Assembly (NCBI GenBank): GCA_963842525.1
Contig: CAWJGT010000008.1
Span: 46,520 to 110,519, forward strand
Direction of reading: 5' to 3'
Length of the DNA stretch: 64,000 nucleotides
From: an uncultured Holophagales bacterium
GTDB lineage: Bacteria; Acidobacteriota; Thermoanaerobaculia; Multivoradales; UBA5704
The number at the start of each line of letters is the position of its first letter. Position 1 is the stretch's first letter. Below the pieces are notes generated by a model. That model was not told the origin of the DNA. It saw nothing but the letters and a program-made list of their open reading frames with translations, and made no database searches. Positions 32,401-46,700 of this stretch are shown one piece after another. Made by a program: the position numbers and the translations under genes.

Positions 32401-35400
32401 TCCACCCTGCGTCTGAAGGGGGTCACCTTCCGCGGCGGCACGTACCCGGTGCAGATCCAGCCGAACGTCGTGTTGGCCGCGCTGACGGGCAATACCTCGG
32501 AGAGCTACGCGCCCGAACGTGCCGGCCTGGCGGTGGAGGGCGGCGTCATGGGCTCCACCCCGATCCAGAGCCGGACATGGCCGGGCGGAGACCTGCCGTA
32601 CATCGTGTTGGGCGATCTGACGATACGGGGGAACATCAACGACTTCAATAACCGGACGAGCACGCTGGTGATCGGCACGGGGGCGCAGGTGCGGTTCGAG
32701 CCTGGCACCGGACTGTTCATCGGCGACGACACGGGGTTCAACGGCCACAACGGGAGGCTGCAAGCCACGGGAGCGACGTTCACGTCCAATCGCACGGCGC
32801 CGGCGGCTGGAGACTGGAAGGGCCTACGCTTCGGCAACACGGCTGTGGATGGAACCACCAACACGTTCCTCGAAGGCTGCACGGTGGAATGGGCGGGAGG
32901 CTCTGCGGTTCTCGCGGCGGTGGTGGTCAATCAGTCGGCCCTCGAGTTGCGCAACAGCCGAGTGCTCAGCACGGCGACGGGAGGAGTGCACGTCTCCGAT
33001 GCGGCCGCGGTGACGATCCTCGATGCCGAGATCGAGGGCGGCACGGAGCCGGCGGTCCGGATCCTGGGTTTTTCCCAACTGAGCCTGAAGGGCACGACCC
33101 TGCGCGGCGATGCCTACCCGGTGCAGATTCAGCCGAACGTGGTGCTGGCGGCTTTGATCGGCAACCAGGCGGATGGATATCCGCACGAACAGGCGGGGAT
33201 TGCGGTCGAAGGGGGAACGATGGGATCGGCTTCGGTCCAGAGCCGGACCTGGCCTGGCGGAAACCTGCCTTACATCGTGCTCGCAGACCTGACGGTGCGG
33301 GGGACCATCAACGACTTCAACGATCGGACGAGCACCCTCGTGATCGGTGCGGGAGCGGAGATTCTCTTCAAGTCCGGCGCGGGGCTCTTCGTGGGTGACG
33401 ACACGGCGTTCGATGGGCATCGAGGGAAGCTGCAGGCGACGGGAGCCACTTTTTCATCGGTGCGGAGCACGCCGGCGCCGGGTGACTGGAAAGGGATCCG
33501 TTTCGGCAACACGACGATCGACGACGGTCTGAACACCTTCCTCGATGACTGTACGGTGGAATGGGCAGGAGGCTCCGGGAGCGCCGCCGCGATTGAGGTG
33601 AATCAAGCGAGCGTGGAGCTGCGCAAGACGGTCGTGCGCCAGACGGCTTCCGCGGGGAGCTCATGTCGCGGATGGCTCTGCGATCACGATCATGGGATCG
33701 GAGATCGAAGGCGGCACCGGGCCGGGCGTGAAGGTTCTGGGCTTTGCGAGCCTGAGCCTGATCGAGACCCGGTTGCGCAAGGGAACCTATCCTGTGCAGA
33801 TCCAACCGAACGTGGTGCTCGCGGCGCTGCGGGCCAACGCGGCAGAGGGATATCCACGCGAGCAGTCGGGGATCGCCGTCGAGGCGGGAGTGATGGGCTC
33901 GACGTTCCAGAGCCGGACCTGGCCCGGAGGGGACCTGCCGTACGTTGTGCTCGGAGATCTCTCCGTGCGCGGGAACGTCAACGACTTCAATGATCGAACG
34001 AGCACGCTCGTGATCGGTTCAGGAACGGAAGTGCGCTTCGCGGATGGCGCCGGGCTCTTCGTCGGCGACGACTCCGGTTTTAGCGGCGGCCACTCGGGGC
34101 GCCTCCAGGCTACGGGCGTCACCTTCACGGCGAGCTCCGCCACGCCCGTGCCCGGCTTCTGGAAGGGGATTTATTTCGCCGACCAGGCGATCGACGGCGG
34201 CGCGAACAACTTCCTCGATCACTGCACGGTCGAGTGGGCCGGTGGCGATGTCCCCGGCGCCGTGCGCGTCAACGCCAGCTCTCCGGTCTTCAAGAACGGT
34301 TTCGCAGTCCGCAGCACGGCCGCGGCGGGCGTTCATCTCTCGCCAAGCTCGGCGACCAGCGTCTCGATCCTGGGCGGCGAGATCGAGGGGGGCGCCGACG
34401 CGGCCGTCCGTGCCACGGGCAATTCGACGCTGCTACTGCGGGACGTCACCCTGCGCGGCGGAATCTATCCAGCGCGGATCGACCCCAATGTGACCCTTCT
34501 GGGCCTGCGCGGCAGCCGGGCCGAGGGGTATCCCTTCGAACGGTCGGCGGTGGCGGTGGAGGGCGGCCTCATGGGGAATTCAGGTGGACCCCAGACCCGC
34601 CTTTGGCCCGCCGCGGACCTCCCCTTCCTCGTCTTGGGCGAGGTGCAGGTACGAGGCAATCAGAACACGGGTGGCGACCGCACGAGCACCCTGGTGCTCC
34701 AGAGCGGGGGCGAGGTCCGGTTCGGCCGCGGCGCCTCTCTGCAGATCGGCGACGACACCAACATCGACGGCGGCCACTGGGGCGCCCTTCAGGCGAGCGG
34801 CGTGACTTTCACGGCCAACACGCTCTCCCCGACTCCCGGCTTCTGGAGCGGCCTCTACTTCGCGGATCAGACCCGGGACGAGCTGAGCTTCCTCTTCGAC
34901 TGCACGGTCGAGTATGGCGGCGCCACCGGCGGCAACGTCACGATCTACCGTTCGTCCCCCTATCTGAGTGGCATGGTGGTCCGGGGAGGCGGCCAGGACG
35001 GGATCCTGGCGGGCATCTCGAGCTCGGTCGTGACCGGCTCGCGGCTGATCGGGAACGCCCTCGGCCTGCAACTGTTCTCCTCGGGAGCCCTGTCCCTGGC
35101 CGACAGCGACGTCGAGGAAAATCCCGGCTTCGGAGTGTTCAACGGCACGGCTTCGTCACTCTTCGCGCGGTTCAACTGGTGGGGCGATCCCCCCGGTCCC
35201 CGCGCGGCCCCCAATCCAGCCGGACTCGGCGACCGTGTGTCGGACCGGGTGGACTTCACTCCCTGGCTGACGGCGAGCCCCGTGCCTCCGGTGGCTCCGG
35301 CGAGCGTGACGGCCCAGCCGGGCGACGGCACGGTTGTCGTCGCGTGGCGCGCCAACCCGGAGAAGGACGTGGCCGGATACAACGTCTACCGCCGGCTGCC

Positions 35401-37747
35401 TCCCGCGACCGCCTGGACCCTCCGTAGCTCTGCCCCGGTTCCGGCGTCCACCTCGCCGTCGTTTCAGGAAAGCGGCCTGACGAACCGGATCGGGCATTGC
35501 TACCAGGTGCGGGCGGTGGACTCCCAGGGGCGGGAGGGTGATCCTTCCCGCGAGGCCTGCGCCACGCCAAAGACCGATGTGACGCCTCCGGCCTGGGCTG
35601 GCCCCGCGGGAGCCCTCTTCGCAGAGGGGGGCGACGGCAAGGCCGTGATCCGCTTCGAGCCGGCGGCCGACCAGGGCCCGACGGTGGCCTACAATCTGTA
35701 CTACAGCACGATCACCCCTGTGGATCGCAGCCTGCCGGGGATCGGCCGGATCGCCAACGCCGTGCCGGCGCCGAGCAGCGTCGGCCATTCCCTGGAGGTG
35801 ACCGTCCCCGGATTGATCAACGGCCGGCGCTACTTTTTCAACCTGCAGGCCGTGGACTCCGAAGGCAACGCGGACGGCAATGCCACCGAGGCTACGGCGG
35901 TGATCGGCCCGGACTCCGGCGCCGTGGACGCGGCGAGCCCCTGGACCGGAGCCACGCTCGATGGCATCGAGGTGGACGGCGAGGGCCGCGCCGTGCTTGC
36001 CGCAGGTCGCACCGAGGGGCAGATCACCTCAGCGGTCATCGAGCTGCCGGCGGGCGCGGACCTGTCGGCAGTCTCCTGGAACGCGGTCGAGCCCGCGGGC
36101 GCGGCCGTCGACACGGTTTTAGGTGGACGGCCGACGATCGAGGTCCGGGCCGCAGAGAGCGCCGCGAACCTGGCGAACGCCCGCTGCACCGCGCCCACGG
36201 GGCTCGCCGCCTGGTGGCCGGGCGACGGCAACGGTCAGGACATCCACAGCGGGCAGGACGGCGCGGTGCGCGGCGGAACGGGTTTCGCAGCCGGCCGGAG
36301 CGCGGCGGCCTTCCGCTTCGACGGCAACGACGACCGCGTCGAAGGCCCGAATTTCGGCAGCTTCACCCGGGTCACGGTGCAGGCCTGGGTCTACCGCGAG
36401 GGCGCGACCAGCACCCGGGAGAGCCTGGTCTCCTACAAGGAAAGCGGCAACTGCGGCTTCGTCCTCTCCCTCAACGAGGATGGCGCCAGCCAGCGGCCGC
36501 GGCTGTTTGTGCAGGTCAACGGCACCTGGCGGTTCGCCGAGGGGGCGCTGCCGGTCCCTAGCGAGCGCTGGACCCACCTGGCGGGAACCTATGACGGCCA
36601 GGAAATCCGCCTCTACGTCGACGGCGCTCTCGCCGCAACCACGCCGGCTGTGGGCAACATGGTGCAGTGCAACCAGAGAGTGGGCCTGGGCGCGCGGTCG
36701 AGCTTCGACCAGCACTTCTTCCCGGGCCGCCTCGACGAGGTTGCCATCTTCAGCCGCGCTCTCACCGCGGCGGAGATCCAGACGCTTTATGCGGCGAGCA
36801 GCGCCGGCCTCTGCAAGTCCGACTCGGACGGCGACGGCGTGGCCGACCTTGCGGACGCCTGCCCGGCCACGCCCGCCCGTACCGCGGTGAACGCCGCGGG
36901 CTGCCCGGGAGGCTGTTTCGGTCCTCCCTCGGGCCGCGTGAGTTGGTGGCGAGGCGAGGGAGACGCGGCGGACTCGACTGGCACAAGCGCCGGTACCCTG
37001 GTGGGTGGCACCAGCTTCGACCTGGGCCAGATGGGGCAGGCCTTCCGCTTCGATGGCGTCAATGACCGCGTCGAGATCCCGAATTTCGGCAGCTTTACGC
37101 GGGTCACTGTTCAAGCCTGGGTGTATCGCGAGGGTTTGACGAACACGCGGGAGAGCCTGATCTCCTACAAAGAAGGGAACAGCCCCAACTGCGGCTTCCT
37201 CCTCTTGCTCAATGAGGACGGCGTGCGCCAGAGGCCGGGCATGGACGTGCAGGTCAACGGCGCCTGGCAGTTTGCCGAATGGGATCAGCCCCTTCCCTTT
37301 GCGCGATGGACCCATCTCGCCGGCACCTACGACGGCCAGACCGTCCGCCTCTATGTCGATGGTGTCCTTGCGGCGGCCACGCCGGCGGCGGGAAATCTGA
37401 CGCAGTGCAATCAGAAGACAGCCCTGGGCTCGCGGGCAAGCTTCGATCAGTACTTCCTCCCCGGCCTCTTGGACGAGGTCGCGGTCTTCGACCGGGCTCT
37501 GTCGCCGAGCGAGGTCCAGGCCTTGGCCGAGGCCCACAGCGCGGGGATGTGCGCCGCGGCAGGCCCGGACTCCGGAGCGCCGGCCGGCACGCCCCAGGTG
37601 CAGCAGGGATGGGTGCAGGTAACGCCGAACCAGGTCCTGGACCTGCCGGACGGCCGCTATGTCCAGCTCCGGGTCACGCTACGGGGCGACGGGACGCAGT
37701 CCCCGGCCCTGCGCAGCGTCTCGCTCGGCTACCGGGGAGGAGGCTAG
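29443..37747 (+). CDS. Giant secreted protein (Fn3, about 8 beta-helix-like repeats of about 225 aa, Fn3, 2 LamG); one frameshift near 33655
   Basis: ORFs 29443-33993 and 33692-37747 join if one G is removed from CGCGGGGAGC; signal peptide, 'GYNVYRS' Fn3, 'WTHLAGTYDG' LamG. Confidence 0.85.
29870..34930 (+). repeat. Intragenic 675-bp tandem repeats
   Basis: 'GGCGACGACACG' recurs at 30022, 30697, 31372, 32047 and 32722; later units diverge (about 33394, 34063, 34748). Confidence 0.85.
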
Positions 37748-40700
37748 GTGAAGAAACCCCTGGCCCTTGCGCTGGTGTCGGCCCTGGCCGCGGCGTCTGC
37801 CATGCCGCAGGGACCGGCGGCGGTGTGCACGGACCCCGGTCCGCAGGCCCAGGACTTCGCCTTCACGGGTTTGCACTGCTCTGAATGCCTCGGCGCGGAC
37901 CTCGAACTGACGGTGAGCGACGGCACTCCCTCGACCGCCAAGGGAGCGACGCTCAATTACAAGCTGACCTACGCCAACCGCGGCGCCGACAGCTCCACGG
38001 ACGTGGTCCTCACCGCGACCGTGCCGGCGAACACGACGTTCGATCCCACGGCGAGCGCCTCCGGCTGGCAGCGGGTGGGGACGTCGAGCACCTATCGGTT
38101 GAGCACGCCGGAGCTGAAACCCGGGCAGCAGGTCTCGGTCCCCTTCGTGGTCAAGGTCTCCACTACGGTTCCGGTGGGCACCGTGCTGCCCTTCTCGGCC
38201 ACGATCGCGGACGACAGCACCCACGGCCCGGACAAGATCCCGGCCGACAACGCGGTTGCGGACGAGAACCTGGTCACCTCGGGGCCGACGACCGTCTGCG
38301 GCACGATCACCAGCGACACGCTCTGGAAGGCGCTCGACGGCCCCTTCATCGTCACCTGCGAGGTCGTGGTCCCGGCCGGCGTGACGCTGACCCTGGAGCC
38401 GGGCGTGGTGGTCAAATTCAACAGTCTCCTGGGCATCCAGGTCCTGGGCAGCCTGGTCGCCCAGGGCACGGAGTCGCGCGGCATTCTTTTCACGTCGAAC
38501 CGCAGCCGGCTGCGCCGCGGCGACTGGGACGGCATCGGCATCGGGAGCGGCGGCACGGCCGTGCTGGACTGGACCACGGTGGAGTACGGCGGCGCTCCCG
38601 CCGGCCCATGGGACGCCAACGTCCAGGTGGCCCAGGGCGGCTCGCTGACCCTGCGCCACTCCATCGTCCGCTCCAGCGACGAGTATGGCCTGTGGGCCGC
38701 GAACGGCCAGGCGATCGTCGAGGACTCCCTGTTCGCCGACCACGACAACGTCGCGGTCTACGTGCAGACGAATGCGCCGGCCAACCTCACGCGGGTGGTG
38801 CGCAACACGTTCAGCACCAACCGCAGCTATCCGATCTCGGTGGAGTACGCGGACGGCGCCACGGCGGAGATCGGGGAGAACGGGGGCAGCGGAAACAAAT
38901 TCGCCAGCGTGCGGGTGAGCGGAACGCTCTCCGGCGACGTCACCTGGGCGCTCAATCCGGGGCTGACCTATCTGGTGGGCGGCGACCTGACGGTGGCGCG
39001 CCGCGGGAAGCTCGTGCTGGGTCCCGGCTTGGTCGTCAAGCTGGAGACGGCGGCTTCGGATCTGTTCGTCGACGGCACGCTGGACGCCCAGGGGAGCGAG
39101 GCAGCGCCGGTCGTCTTCACCTCGTTCAAGGACGATTCCGCAGGCGGCGATACGAATGGCGACGCCGCGGCCACGAGCCCAGCTCCCGGCGACTGGGGGC
39201 AGATCCGCTTCAATCCCGGCAGCCGGGTGAGCCGCCTCGATCACTGCACGGTCGCCTGGGGCGCGAGCTCCGCATCCGCGGCGCCGGGCCAGGTGCGGAT
39301 CGACTCCGAAGGCGTCACCGTGACGGACAGCCGGTTCCGGAGCTCCCGCCAGGCCGGCCTCCACGTCACCGGCGCGATGTCGCTGATCCGCGGCTCGCGC
39401 TTCGAGAGCAACCTCACCCACGGCCTGCAGATCGATCTGAAGAGCAACCGCGGGCAGCTCCTCGAAGGCAACACGTTCCTGGGCAACACCCTGCACGCGG
39501 TGTCGCTCACCCTGGCGGCCGCCCGCGGCGGCATCACCCTCAAAGGCAATGCCGCGTCGGGCAACCAGACCAACGGCGTCGCCGTGCAGGGCGACGTCGC
39601 CGGCGACTTCAAGGTGGACACCAGCGGTCAGGCGGGCTTCGCGCTACGGCTGGCCAACGACCTGACGGTGGATGCCGGCGCGGCGCTGACGCTCTCGCCG
39701 GGCACGGTGGTCAAGGCAGGAAACGCCGCCTACGACCTCCACGTCTTCGGCCGGCTGATCGCCGACGGCACGCTCGCCCAGCGGATCGTCTTCACCTCCT
39801 TCAAGGACGACTCCTTCGGCGGCGACACGAACGGCGACGGCACGGCCTCGGCGCCGGCCGCGGGCGACTGGGGCCAGGTCTGGCTGCGCACGGGGAGCAG
39901 CGGCAACGTCCTCCGGCACGCCATCCTGGCGTACGGCGGCGCCCTGGGGCAAACCAACACCCTGGCGACCCTGCGCACGGACACCCCGCAGGTCCTGCTG
40001 ACCGACACCACGGTGCGGCGGTCGCGCCAGCACGGCATTTATGCAGCAAATGCCCCGCTGTCCCTGGCGCGAGTGAGCCTGGAGGAAAGCTCGTCCGTGG
40101 GTCTGTACCTGGACGACCTCACCGGCACCGTGGACGTCACCCTGGAGGGGAACACCTTCCGCGCCAACGGCGCCCAGGCCGTGTTCCTGGACCTGCAGGG
40201 AGTGACGGGCCAGATCGTGGCGCGCGGCAACGTGGCCACGGGCAACGGCACGAACGGCGCCGGGGTCCAGGGCTTCTTCGTCGGCCCCTTCCGCTTCGAC
40301 TGGACGCAGCAGGACGGCTTCGCGCTGCGGATGGCCGGCGACCTCACGGTGCAGGCGGGCGCGGCGCTGACCCTGACACCGGGCGTGGTGATCAAGGGCA
40401 GCGCCGCCGACCACGAGCTGCGCGTCGGCGGCAGCCTGATCGCCCGCGGCACGGCTGCCCGGCCGGTGGTCGTCACCTCGTTCAAGGACGACTCCTTCGG
40501 CGGCGACACGAATGGCGACGGCGGCGCCACGAGCCCTGCTCCTGGCGATTGGGGCCAGGTGTGGCTGCGCGCCGCCAGCACGGGGAGCGTCCTGGAGGAG
40601 GTCGTCCTCGCCTGGGGCGGTGCCGACAACGTGACGGACGTCCTGGCCAACCTGCGGGTGGACGCGGGCCGGTTCTCCCTCGTGGGAGGAGCCGTGCGCA

Positions 40701-43700
40701 GGTCCAAGCAACGCGGCATCTACGCGGTGCGCTCTTCCGGTGAGATCCGCGGCGTCGCGGTCGAGGACAACGTCCTGGGCGGCATCCTCTTCAGCAACCT
40801 GCAGGGCAGTGTCGACATCACCCTGGCGGACAACCGCTTCCTGCGCACCGGTGGCCACGCGGTTTTCCTGGACCTGAACGGCACGGCGGGCCAGGTCACC
40901 GCCAGCGGCAACACCGCATCGGGCAATCAGGTCAACGGCGCCGGCATCCAGGGCACCGTGGGCGGGCCGCTGACCCTCGACTGGAGCGGCCAGACGGACC
41001 TGCCGCTGCGGCTCAACGCCGACCTCTTCGTCCGTGCGGGCGGCGTCCTCACCCTGTCGCCCGGCGCGATCGTCAAGGGCGGAAGCCCGCAGCACGACCT
41101 GATCGTCGACGGCTCGCTGGTCGCCCGCGGCACCGCGGCGCAGCCCGTGATCTTCACGTCGCTCAAGGATGACGCCCGCGGCGGCGACACCAACAATGAC
41201 GGCGCTGCGTCCGCTCCGGCTGCCGGCGACTGGGGCCAAGTCTGGCTGCGCGCGGCCAGCTCGGCCAACGTCCTGGAGCACTGCGTGCTGGCCTGGGGCG
41301 GCGCGAACGTCACCGACACCCTCGCCAACCTGCGCATCGACACGCCCGGGGTCTCGGCCACCTCCTGCACGTTCGAGCGCAGCGCGCAGAGCGGCGTGCG
41401 TGTGACCTCCAGCCCGCCGCCGCTCTTCTCGGGCAACCGGCTGGAGAGCAACACCAGCCACGGGCTCCAGCACACCGGCAGCGGCATCCTCGACGCCCGC
41501 CACAACTGGTGGGGCGATCCGTCCGGCCCCTTCCATCCCACGCTGAACCCCTCCGGCCAGGGCAACCGGGTGAGCGACAACGTGCTCTTCGACCCCTGGC
41601 TGACGGTGCCGGACCCGGCCGGGCTCGCGGCGCCGGAGGCCGCGTCGAGCCCGCTCCTGGAGCCCGAAACGCCACCGGAGCCGCCCGCGGACATGGGGAC
41701 GGCCGCCCTCGTGCAGCCCGACCCTTCGATGGCTCCGATGGCACCGATGGACCTGGCTCCGGCCGCGGCGACCTCCGCCGCGACGACTCAGGAGGCGCCG
41801 CCGCGCCCCTCCAGCTTCTTCGGCCGGGTCACGGTCGAAGGGACCGCCGACGTGCCGCCGGGCACCCGCGTCAGCGCCTGGATCGGCGGCATCCGCTACG
41901 CCGAATCCTTCTCGCTGCTGACGGACGGCCAGTCGGTCTACCGGCTCGACGTGCCGGGCGACAACGACAACACGCCCGCGATCGAAGGCGGCCAGCCCGG
42001 CCAGACCATCACCTTCCGGGTCGCCGGCGTGCAGGTCCCCCAGACTGCCATCTGGCAGGACGGGCTCTATCAGCGCCTCGACCTCACCGCCGCGCGGGGT
42101 CCCGACCTCGCCGTCACCCAGACCGACGGCCGCGACCGGGTGGCGCCGGGCGACACGGTGACCTGGACCCTCACGGTCGAAAACCGCGGCGCGGGGATCG
42201 CCTCCGGCGTCGCGGTGCGCGACACGCTGCCCGATTCCACCACCTTCGTCAGCGCCAGCGACGGCGGCACCACCGCGGGCCGCATCGTGACCTGGCCGGC
42301 GTTCGACTTGGTGGAGGGGGCGAGCGCCACGCGGACCGTGACCGTGCGTGTGGCCGCGATCGTGCCCGCGGGCCTCGAAACGCTCGTCAACACTGTCCAC
42401 GTGGCCGACGACGGCACTCACGGCGTCGAGCCCGAGCCGGCCAACAACACCGCGCAGGACAGCGACGTCCTCGACGCGGCTCCGGACCTCGCGATCACCA
42501 AGACCAACGGCATCGCCGAGGTCCTCCCCGGCACCACGCTGCGCTATGTCCTGACGATCACCAACCGCGGCAGCCAGGGGGCCACCGGCGTGCGCGTGAC
42601 CGACACGCTGCCCGAGCACCTGACCTTCTTCGCGGCGAGCGACAGCGGCGCGGAGTCCGGCCTCACGATCACCTGGCCGGCCTTCGACCTGCCGGCCGGA
42701 GCGACCGTCCGGCGCGAGATCAGCGGGCGTGTCAAGGCGCCGCTGCCCGCGAATCTCACCGCGCTCGTCAACAGCGCCGCGGTGGCGGACAACGGTGCCA
42801 ACGGTGCGGACCCGACCCCCGCGGACAATAGCGCCACGGACACGGACACGGTGCTCCGCAAGCCCGACCTCGCCGTGCCCGGGGTCGACGCAAGCCAGAC
42901 CCAACTGAACCTGGAGAGCCTCGCACTGTCCGGCGACGTGCTGGTGCGTCTGGAGAACCGGGGAACCCTGGAGGTGACGACGCCGTTCGAGGTCACGGTC
43001 TTCGAGGACACCAACGGCGACGGCCTCTGGACCCCTGGGACGGACAACCTCCTCGGGCAGCAGACCTACAGCGCGCCGCTCGCGGCTGGGCAGACCGTGC
43101 CGTTCGCCGTGCCGGTCTCCGGCACCGTGACCTTCCGCGGCAACCGGATCCTCGCGGTCGCCGACAGTGCCGGCGTCGTCGACGAGCTGAGCGAGACGAA
43201 CAGCGTGGGCAGCACGGCCAGCGGCTGCGAGACCGTGCCGGCGGTTGGCGCCTTCGTTCCCGACCTGGAGATCGTCTGGCCGCGGCCGGGCATCTTCGAG
43301 CCGTTCGTGGTGGACAGCGCCTCCAGCCCGGTGGTGGTCAACCTGACCGACGACAACGGGGACGGGAAGATCGACGGCAACGACGTGCCCGACATCGTCT
43401 TCACCTCGGCCAGCCTCGACCAGCAGCTCGGCCTCTTCGATCAATCGATCCTGCGGGCCATCCACGGCGACACGGGCGAGGCGATCTTCGACGTGCAGTC
43501 GTTCCACGACGGCTTCCGTTTCTGGGAGTTCAACCTCGCGACCGTGGCCGCCGGCGACATCGACCTCGACGGCAAGCCCGAGATCATCACGGCCAACCTC
43601 GGGATCTCCGTGATTGGCGAGCCGGTCAACGCCATCACCGCCTACGAGCACGACGGGCGGCGGAAGTGGCGGAGCCCGGTCTACACGACCAACCCGAGCG

Positions 43701-46700
43701 GCCGCTGGACCAACCGCGACAACCCGAGCATCGCGGACATCGACCGCGACGGCGTGCCCGAGATCATCGTTGGCGCCCACGTGTTCAACAACAACGGCAC
43801 TCTGCGCTGGAAGGGGACCGGCGGCCAGGCCTTCCAGTCGATCTTCAACGCGGACAACCCGGCGAGCGGCGCCATCTCCATCGTGGCCGACCTCGACCTG
43901 ACCGGGAACCCCGAGATCGTCACCGGCAACACGGCCTACCGGTCCGACGGCTCGATCTACTGGCAGATCCCGGAGGACGACGGCTATCCCGCCGTGGCCA
44001 ACTTCGACGCCGATCCGTTCCCCGAGATCGTTGTGGTGGCCAAGGGCAAGGTCCGCCTGCACGAGCACGACGGCGCGCTGAAGTGGGGCCCCTTCGTGCT
44101 GCCCGGACAGCAGCCCGTGGCCGGTGGCGCGCCCACGATCGCCGACTTCGACGCCGACGGAGCGCCCGAGATCGGCGTCGCCAGCTCGGACTTCTACGTG
44201 GTCCTCGAGACCGACGGCTCGGTCAAGTGGCAGCGCAAGACGCAGGACTTCTCCTCCGGCATGACCGGCTCCACGGTGTTCGATTTCGACGGCGACGGCC
44301 GCTTCGAGGTGGTCTACCGCGACGAGGTCTTCCTGCGCGTCTACCGCGGCGAGGACGGCACGGTCCTGTTCCAGGTCCCGGTCCCGTCCACCACGCTCAA
44401 CGAGCAGCCGACGGTGGCCGACGTGGACAAGGACGGCAACGCCGAGATCCTGGTCACCGCCGACCACGGCGACTCCGACAGCGGCATCCCGGGCAATGCG
44501 AGCAACGCCGGCCTGCGCGTCTTCGGAGATGCCAACGACAACTGGGTGGGTACGCGGAGCATCTGGAACCAGCATGCCTACAGCGTGGGCAACGTCAACG
44601 ACGACGCCACGATCCCGCGCGATCCGGACTGGAGCTGGCTCACCCACAACACCTTCCGCGCCCAGATCGCGCCGCCGGGCGTGGCCTTCTCCGCGCCCGA
44701 CCTGACCGCCTCCCGCGGCCGGGTCGACGTCACTGACTTCCCACGCAGCCTGCGCATCTCGGCCCGTATCGGCAACGGCGGCAGCACGTCCGTGGCGCCG
44801 GGCATCTCCGTGGCGTTCTACACCGGCGACCCAGCGGCCGGCGGCGCGCTCCTCGGCACCGCTACGGTCGGCCGCCTCGGGCCCGGCGGCTTCGAGGACG
44901 TCTCCTTCACCTGGACCTCGCCGCCGCTACAGCCCGCGACCCTCTGGATCGCCGCGGACAGCGAGAGCCGCGAGCGCGAGTGCGACGAAGCGAACAACGT
45001 CTATGCCTTCGCCTACAGCCTGGCGGAGGTCGGCCTCTTCCTGAGGAAGGACGACGGCCGCGCCTCGATCCGCTTCGCCGACGAGACCACCTACACGCTG
45101 ACGGTGGACAACTTCGCCCTGCAGACCCTCACCGGCGTCGCCCTGACCGACACGCTGCCGCCGCACACGACCTTCGTCGCGGCCGGCGACGGCGGCTCCT
45201 TCTCCAATGGGATCGTCACCTGGCCGCCGTTCACCCTGGAGCCCGGCGCGCGGGCCACTCGGACGCTCACCGTGCGTGCCCCGTCCACTGTGCCGGCCGG
45301 CGTGGATTCGCTGACCAACACTGCCACAGTGACGGACGACGGCAGCCACGGGCTCGACCCGACCCCGGGCAACAACACGGCGAGCGACACGAACGAGCTG
45401 CTCGCCTTCCGCGCCGAGGCCGGCGGGCCGTACTCCGGTGGAGAAGGGGAGGCGATCCAGCTCGACGCCTCGGGCACCGCCGACCCCGAGAGCCGGATCG
45501 TCCGCTACGAGTGGGATTTCGACGGCGACGGCGCCTTCGACGACGCCACCGGCACCGCACCCACGGCCACCTTCCCGGACGAGGGCACCTACACCGTGGT
45601 CCTGCGGGTAGTGGAAGCCACCGGCCGGTCCGATACCGACACCGCCGTAGTGACAGTCGCCAACCGGCTGCCGGAGGTGGATGCGGGCGCCAACCGCACG
45701 GTGCTCGAAGGAGACCGCCTCACCCTGTCGGTGCCGTTCACCGATCCGGGCACGGCGGATACCCACACGGCCATCATCGATTGGGGCGATGGCACCTTCG
45801 ATCCAGGGACGATTGCCGGGGGCCGCGTCGCCGGCAGCCACGTCTATCCGGACGATGCGAGCGCCGAGGTGCGCATCTGCGTCACCGACGACGATGGCGA
45901 CACGGGCTGCGATACGGTCCAGGTGACCGTGGACAACCAGAACCCGGTGGTCCAGGGCGCGGGCGCCTTCGTGCTTCCGGCCTGGCGTGCCGAGGACTAC
46001 CTCTCCTGCTACGACGGCTTCTCCGACTGGCAGATCGCCGCCGACGGCGGCTCGGTCCTCCAGACGCGCAACAGCCGGCCGAGCCTCTTCTATGGCAACT
46101 TCCTGGCCCTGGGCAGCCGCATCGAGGGCCGGCTGCGCGTCTCCTCCGGAAGCGCGGACGGCGACGCCTTCGGCCTCGCGATCGGCTTCAAGCCGGGCGA
46201 CACCACGAGCCCCGCGGCCGACTACCTGCTGATCGACTGGCGGCGCGAGGACCAGGCCTTCAACTTCGGCTGCGGCGGCCGGGCCGCAGCGAAGAAGGGC
46301 CTGGCGCTGTCCCGCGTCTCGGGCGCGCCGGCCGACGCCGAGCTTCTGGGCGCACGACAACCGCGCCTGCAACGGCACGGGCAACGGCGTCCGCGAGCTG
46401 GCCCGCGGCAGGCGCTTCGGCTCCACCGGCTGGACGCCGGGCACGGAGTACACCTTCGCCCTCGAAGCGACCCCGGACCGCCTGCGCCTGTTCATCAACG
46501 GCGTGCTCGAGCTCGACCTGACAGGCACCTTCCCGAACGGCCGGGTGGCCTTCTACGGCTATTCGCAGGCCGATGTGACCTACAGCGGCTTCGCCATCCA
46601 GTCGATCGTGGGCGACGAGGGCCGGCCGCTGGAGGCCCGGGTGGGCTTCACCGACGCGGGCGTCCTCGACACCCACACGGCCACGATCGACTGGGGCGAC

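Noticed and set aside
33640-33670. Programmed ribosomal frameshift in the giant genes (also near 46343)
   Set aside because: No slippery heptamer or evident stimulatory structure; a one-base indel explains each case.
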